Shown here: positions 31,254 through 35,252 of the stretch, piece by piece | How the letters are laid out: every line of letters starts with the position of its first letter | Position numbering within the stretch: the stretch's first letter is position 1 | Notes under the pieces: model-generated | Seen by the model: only the letters and a program-made list of their open reading frames with translations | Databases searched by the model: none | What the model was told of the DNA's origin: nothing | From: Rhodothermales bacterium | GTDB lineage: Bacteria > Bacteroidota > Rhodothermia > Rhodothermales > Rubricoccaceae | Length of the DNA stretch: 35,252 nucleotides | NCBI GenBank assembly: GCA_038233965.1 | Contig: JBBSUZ010000001.1 | Location: 1-35,252 of the forward strand | Reading direction: 5' to 3' | Position numbers and translations under genes: made by a program

Positions 31254-32527
31254 CGGTTCAGAGGGGTCGTCGTGCCGAGGGCACGGGTGAGATCGGCCGC
31301 GGCGGCGAGGCGCCGCGCGAGCGCGTCGACGTAGCCGAGCTGGACCTGGAAGCGCGACCGCTCGGCGTCGAGGAAGGCGAGCACGTCGACGGCGCCGGTG
31401 GTGTAGCCCGAGAGCACGGACTCGACCGTCACGACCGACTGCGGGAGCAGGACGTCTTCGTAGAGCGCAACTGTCTCCTGTGCGCGGCGCGCGTCGGAGA
31501 GCGCGTCCGCGACCTCCGTCCGGACGTCCGTCGCGGCCGCTCGGCGCCGCGCCTCCGTCGCCTGCTGGCGCAGCCGGGCTTCGTCGAGGCGCGCGCGGAG
31601 GCGGCCGCGGCCGAGTGGGATGCGGACCGACGCCATGACGCCGAACGCGTCGCGTCCGTCGGCGCTCATCGGGACGCTCGCGTCGCCGACGTCGGTGTAG
31701 ACGACGCCCACGCCGAGGTCCGGGTAGAACGCCCGCTGCGCGAGGGCAACATCGGCCTCGGCCTCGACGACGGCCGCGTCGGCCGCGGCCACCTCGGGCC
31801 GGCGGGCGAGCGCGGCGCTGAGCGCGTCGGCACCCGGCAGGGCTGGCGTCGTAACGACGATGCCCCCGACCGCGAGGTCGGGCTGGTCGAGCAGGCGGGC
31901 GAGCGTCTGGACGGCCGAGGCACGGCGCCGGTCGAGGTCCAGCAGGCGCTCGGCGAGGCGCTGGCGTTCGAGCTGGATCTGGAGAATGGACCCCTGCGAG
32001 CCGCGGCCGACCTCGTAGCGGACGGCCGCGGCCTCGGTGAACGCGTCGAGGCGCTGCCCGTACGTGCGGACGACGGCCGCTGCCTCCTGCGTCTGGTACA
32101 GGTCGGCGAAGGCGAGCGTCGCCATCCGGGCGAGGTCGAGGCCGGTCGCCTCGGCTCGGTACCGCGCGCCCTCGGCGGCGGCGCCCGCGGCGTCGCGGCG
32201 GAGGCCGAGCGTGCCGGGCCACGGGAACGGCTGCTCGATCCGCCACTGGCTGCGAAGCGTGCCCCGCGCCGAGTAGACCGGGTAGGGCGCGACCATGACC
32301 GAGGCCGTCGGGTCGGGGAGCGCCCCGGCCTGGTCGCCGCGGCGAGCCAGCGCGCGGGCGTCGAGACGTACGGCGGCGAGCGTCGGGTTCTGCGCCGCGA
32401 CGGCGTCCAGCACGACGTCCAGCCGGAGCGTGTCAGGCGCCTGCGCGTGGGCCGCAGGCGAGAGGGAGGTCGCTGCGACGAGCGCGCAGACGAGCCGCGC
32501 GAGACGCGCGGGAGAGGCATGGTCCAT
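31250..32527 (-). CDS. cusC: TolC-family outer membrane efflux protein (CusC-like)
   Basis: 425 aa with signal peptide ...SLSPAAHAQ and two repeated TolC-type helical halves. Its stop overlaps the cusB start (ATGA). Confidence 0.88.
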   Translation of the reverse strand: MDHASPARLARLVCALVAATSLSPAAHAQAPDTLRLDVVLDAVAAQNPTLAAVRLDARALARRGDQAGALPDPTASVMVAPYPVYSARGTLRSQWRIEQPFPWPGTLGLRRDAAGAAAEGARYRAEATGLDLARMATLAFADLYQTQEAAAVVRTYGQRLDAFTEAAAVRYEVGRGSQGSILQIQLERQRLAERLLDLDRRRASAVQTLARLLDQPDLAVGGIVVTTPALPGADALSAALARRPEVAAADAAVVEAEADVALAQRAFYPDLGVGVVYTDVGDASVPMSADGRDAFGVMASVRIPLGRGRLRARLDEARLRQQATEARRRAAATDVRTEVADALSDARRAQETVALYEDVLLPQSVVTVESVLSGYTTGAVDVLAFLDAERSRFQVQLGYVDALARRLAAAADLTRALGTTTPLNR

Positions 32528-32593
32528 GAGAGCGGTCGGATCGGCGGGACGTGCGAGCGCCGGCGACGCGGGCGCAGAACATCAGGGCGTCGA

Positions 32594-33001
32594 TCAGACC
32601 TGGAGGACCGAGAGGGCGAGGTGCCGGCGGCCGAGCGGCGGCGGACCTGTGTCGTGGGGACGCGCGTGGACGACCGGGTGCGAGGGGACGCACTCGAATA
32701 CCTCCGAGACGACGGCCTGCAGTGGCGCGGCCACCGGAGGCGTGAGGGCCGACGGATGCGGGGACGCCGGGGCGAGCGCGCAGCACGCCACGACAGACGG
32801 CGCGCCGAGCGAAGCGTCCGGCGTCGGGCACTGCGAGGCCGGGCAGAGGTGCCCGCAGCAGTCTCGCCGGGACGCAGCAGCGCTCGCCTCGGCCGGAGTG
32901 GCCGAGAGGGAGACGAGTGCAGCGACGAGGAGCGTCGCCAGCACGCGAGCCGGTCGGGTCGAGAGGGTCACGTCCCAGAGATACGGCGCGCGGCGTGCCA
33001 A
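32594..33001 (-). CDS. Small secreted Cys-rich protein, first gene of the cus operon
   Basis: 135 aa with a signal-like ARVLATLLVAALVSLSATPAEA. Cysteine clusters are DCCGHLCPASQCP and VVACCALAP. The C-terminus is GPPPLGRRHLALSVLQV. The start codon is uncertain. Confidence 0.55.
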   Translation of the reverse strand: MARRAPYLWDVTLSTRPARVLATLLVAALVSLSATPAEASAAASRRDCCGHLCPASQCPTPDASLGAPSVVACCALAPASPHPSALTPPVAAPLQAVVSEVFECVPSHPVVHARPHDTGPPPLGRRHLALSVLQV

Positions 33002-33160
33002 CGTCCCTCGCGAACCTTAAAAGACGCTCAGGTTAGACGCGGTCCACGATCTATTCGTCTCCGCGTCGGTAGACAGAAACCTGTCCGCGACCGGGGTGCC
33101 CGTGCCGGCTGGTAACGGTGACGCTCTCGGCGCGTTTGTCCAGGAAAGCCCCCGCCCTCC

Positions 33161-35252
33161 ATGCGACCCGACACGCTCTCTCCGCTTCCCTCCGACTCGC
33201 GCCCCGCCGCATCGACCGGCGACGGAGCCGCGTGCCCGCTGCCCGAGTCGGAGCCGACCCATGCCCCGGCCAGCGCCCCGGCCAGCGGCACCGCCGACGC
33301 CAGCCTCTCCGAGACGAGTCTCTCCGTCGGCGGGATGACGTGCGCGTCGTGCGTCGGGCGCGTCGAGCGGGCGCTCGCGGGCGTCGACGGCGTCGCGTCG
33401 GCCGCGGTCAACCTCGTCACCGAGCGCGCCACCGTCCGATACGACCCGGCGCGCGTGACGCCGGCCGACCTCGCCGAGGCCGTCGAGCGGACGGGCTACG
33501 ACGTGCGGACCGAGGAGACGACGCTCGCGATCTCGGGCATGACGTGCGCCTCGTGCTCCGGGCGCGTCGAGCGGGCCCTCCTCGCCGTGCCCGGCGTCGT
33601 CTCGGCGACGGTCAACCTCGCGACCGAGCGGGCCAGCGTGCGGACCGCGCCCGGCGTCACGGTCGCCGACCTGCGCGCAGCGGTCGAGCGGGCGGGCTAC
33701 GACGTCATCGAGACGGAAGGCGGCGCCTCGGCGGACGCTGAGGGCGACGCTCGCGAAGCCGAACGTCTCGCGCTGCGGCGGCGCCTGCTCTGGGCGGCCG
33801 GCCTCACGCTGCCGCTTGTGCTGGTCGAGATGGTCCCGATGCTCGTGCCGGGCGGCATGGCATGGGTCGAGTCGTTCGTCCCGATGCAGACGCTCTGGCT
33901 CGTCATGTTCGCGCTCGGCACGGCCGTCCAGTTCGGGCCGGGCTGGCGCTTTTACAACACGGGCTGGGCGGCCGCGCGCCACGGCTCGCCGGACATGAAC
34001 ACGCTGGTCGCGCTCGGCACGTCGGCCGCCTACGGCTACTCGCTCGTCGCGACGTTCCTGCCGGGCGTGTTGCCGCCCGAGGCGGTCCACGTCTACTACG
34101 AGGCGGCCGCGGCGGTCATCACGCTGATCCTGCTCGGCAAGTACCTCGAGGCGAAGGCGAAGGGCCACACGTCCGAGGCGATCCAGCGGCTCGTCGAGCT
34201 GCGCCCGGCGACCGCGCGCGTGGTCCGGGGCGGCGTCGAGACCGAGGTCGCGGTCGAGACCGTCGTCGTGGGCGACGTGGTCCGCGTGCGGCCGGGCGAG
34301 ACCGTCCCCGTCGACGGGACCGTCGCCGAGGGCACGAGCTACGTCGACGAGTCGATGGTGACGGGCGAGCCCGTGCCGGTGCAGAAAGGCGTGGGCGCCG
34401 AGGTCGTCGGCGGGACGGTGAACCAGGCCGGGGCGCTGCTCGTGGAGACGACGCGCGTCGGGGCCGACACACTGCTCTCGCAGATCGTGCGGCTCGTGGA
34501 AGAGGCGCAGGGCTCCAAGCCGGCCATCCAGGCGCTCGCGGACCGCGTCGTGGCCGTGTTCGTGCCGGCCGTGCTCGTCATCGCCGTCGTCGTGTTCGGT
34601 GTGTGGCTCGCGGTCGGGCCCGATCCCGCGTTGACGTACGCGCTCGTCGCTGCGGTGAGCGTGCTCATCATCGCGTGCCCGTGCGCGATGGGCCTCGCGA
34701 CGCCCGTCTCGGTGATGGTCGGGACGGGCAAGGCGGCCGAGATGGGCGTCCTCTTCCGCACCGGCTCGGCGCTACAGACGCTGTCCGAGGTCCAGATCGT
34801 CGCGCTCGACAAGACGGGCACGCTCACCGAGGGCCGGCCGACGCTGACGGACCTGCGCCTCGCGCCCGGTGCCGGCCTGTCCGAGGACGACCTGTTGCGG
34901 CTCGTCGCGGCCGCCGAGGGTCCGAGCGAGCACCCGGTCGCGCGCGCCATCGTGACGGCCGCCGAGCGCCTGGGCGCGGCGCCGGCCGTGGCCGGCTTCG
35001 AGTCGATCAGCGGCATGGGCGTCCGTGCAACCGTCGAGGAGCGCCGCGTCGAGGTCGGGGCGGACCGCTTCATGGCCTCGCTCGGGCTCGACGTGGCGGG
35101 CTTCGAGGCAGACGCTGCGCGCCTCGGCGACGAGGGCAAGACGCCGCTCTACGCCGCCGTGGACGGGCGCCTCGCCGCCGTCCTCGCCGTCGCGGACCCC
35201 ATCCGGCCGACGACGGCCGAGGCGATCCGCGCGCTCCACGCGCAGGGCCTCC
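33161..35252 (+). CDS. copA: Copper-translocating P1B-type ATPase (3' end beyond the window)
   Basis: This open frame is not in the ORF track because it has no stop in the window. The ATG at 33161 gives [12 protein letters not shown]... It has two HMA domains ([24 protein letters not shown]), TGEP (MVTGEPVPV), a CPC motif ([12 protein letters not shown]), the phosphorylation site DKTGTLT, and SEHPVA. Confidence 0.95.
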   Translation, partial: MRPDTLSPLPSDSRPAASTGDGAACPLPESEPTHAPASAPASGTADASLSETSLSVGGMTCASCVGRVERALAGVDGVASAAVNLVTERATVRYDPARVTPADLAEAVERTGYDVRTEETTLAISGMTCASCSGRVERALLAVPGVVSATVNLATERASVRTAPGVTVADLRAAVERAGYDVIETEGGASADAEGDAREAERLALRRRLLWAAGLTLPLVLVEMVPMLVPGGMAWVESFVPMQTLWLVMFALGTAVQFGPGWRFYNTGWAAARHGSPDMNTLVALGTSAAYGYSLVATFLPGVLPPEAVHVYYEAAAAVITLILLGKYLEAKAKGHTSEAIQRLVELRPATARVVRGGVETEVAVETVVVGDVVRVRPGETVPVDGTVAEGTSYVDESMVTGEPVPVQKGVGAEVVGGTVNQAGALLVETTRVGADTLLSQIVRLVEEAQGSKPAIQALADRVVAVFVPAVLVIAVVVFGVWLAVGPDPALTYALVAAVSVLIIACPCAMGLATPVSVMVGTGKAAEMGVLFRTGSALQTLSEVQIVALDKTGTLTEGRPTLTDLRLAPGAGLSEDDLLRLVAAAEGPSEHPVARAIVTAAERLGAAPAVAGFESISGMGVRATVEERRVEVGADRFMASLGLDVAGFEADAARLGDEGKTPLYAAVDGRLAAVLAVADPIRPTTAEAIRALHAQGL

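Noticed and set aside
33118-33741. A 207-aa plus-strand ORF at the start of the copA region.
   Set aside because: It is in the wrong frame. The frame starting at 33161 encodes two canonical GMTCxxC HMA domains and continues open to the window end with the CPC and DKTGT motifs.

Overview
This window comes from a very GC-rich bacterial chromosome. Host genes look about 70% GC by eye, and the many long Arg/Ala/Gly/Pro-rich ORFs on the opposite strand or in off-frames are GC artefacts. It divides into three blocks.

(1) 1-6869 is a compositionally foreign, visibly AT-richer segment (roughly one-third GC around 5760-6100). It abuts the 3' end of tRNA-Val and looks like part of an integrative or satellite-like mobile element, with every gene on the minus strand. 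It holds an AlpA/Xis-type HTH gene, a small ORF, and a 559-aa protein carrying four divergent family-A (Pol I-like) polymerase motifs. It also holds about 1 kb with no convincing ORF but with iteron-like repeats, an AT-rich patch, a polypurine tract and a perfect 20-bp palindrome. The rest is a type III Mod-like beta-class DNA methyltransferase with an AT-rich central (TRD) segment, a 189-bp composite palindrome, 11-bp-phased repeats, and AT-rich cargo ORFs of unknown function. No integrase is visible, and the left end lies outside the window.

(2) 6870-24613 is housekeeping. It contains tRNA-Val and tRNA-Gly, rpmH-rnpA-yidC-mnmE, a HAD hydrolase, an SH3b/YkuD L,D-transpeptidase and a lipoprotein. 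It also contains tandem long and short NfeD genes without an SPFH partner, an NTF2-like protein, an M28 peptidase, dapA, dapB, thrA and tRNA-Ala.

(3) 24614-35252 starts with a twice-frameshifted PD-(D/E)xK nuclease-like pseudogene next to tRNA-Ala. A copper/silver resistance cluster follows: a Cys-rich small secreted ORF, cusC, cusB, cusA and a DUF411/CopG-like gene on the minus strand, then a divergent copA truncated by the window end.

The best candidates for something undescribed are the exonuclease-less PolA-like protein with its adjacent ori-like non-coding region, and the uncharacterised AT-rich cargo at the tRNA-proximal end of the element. Two smaller curiosities are a (GGGGGAT)6 tract ending exactly at the dapB start codon and recurrent GC-rich REP-like hairpins.
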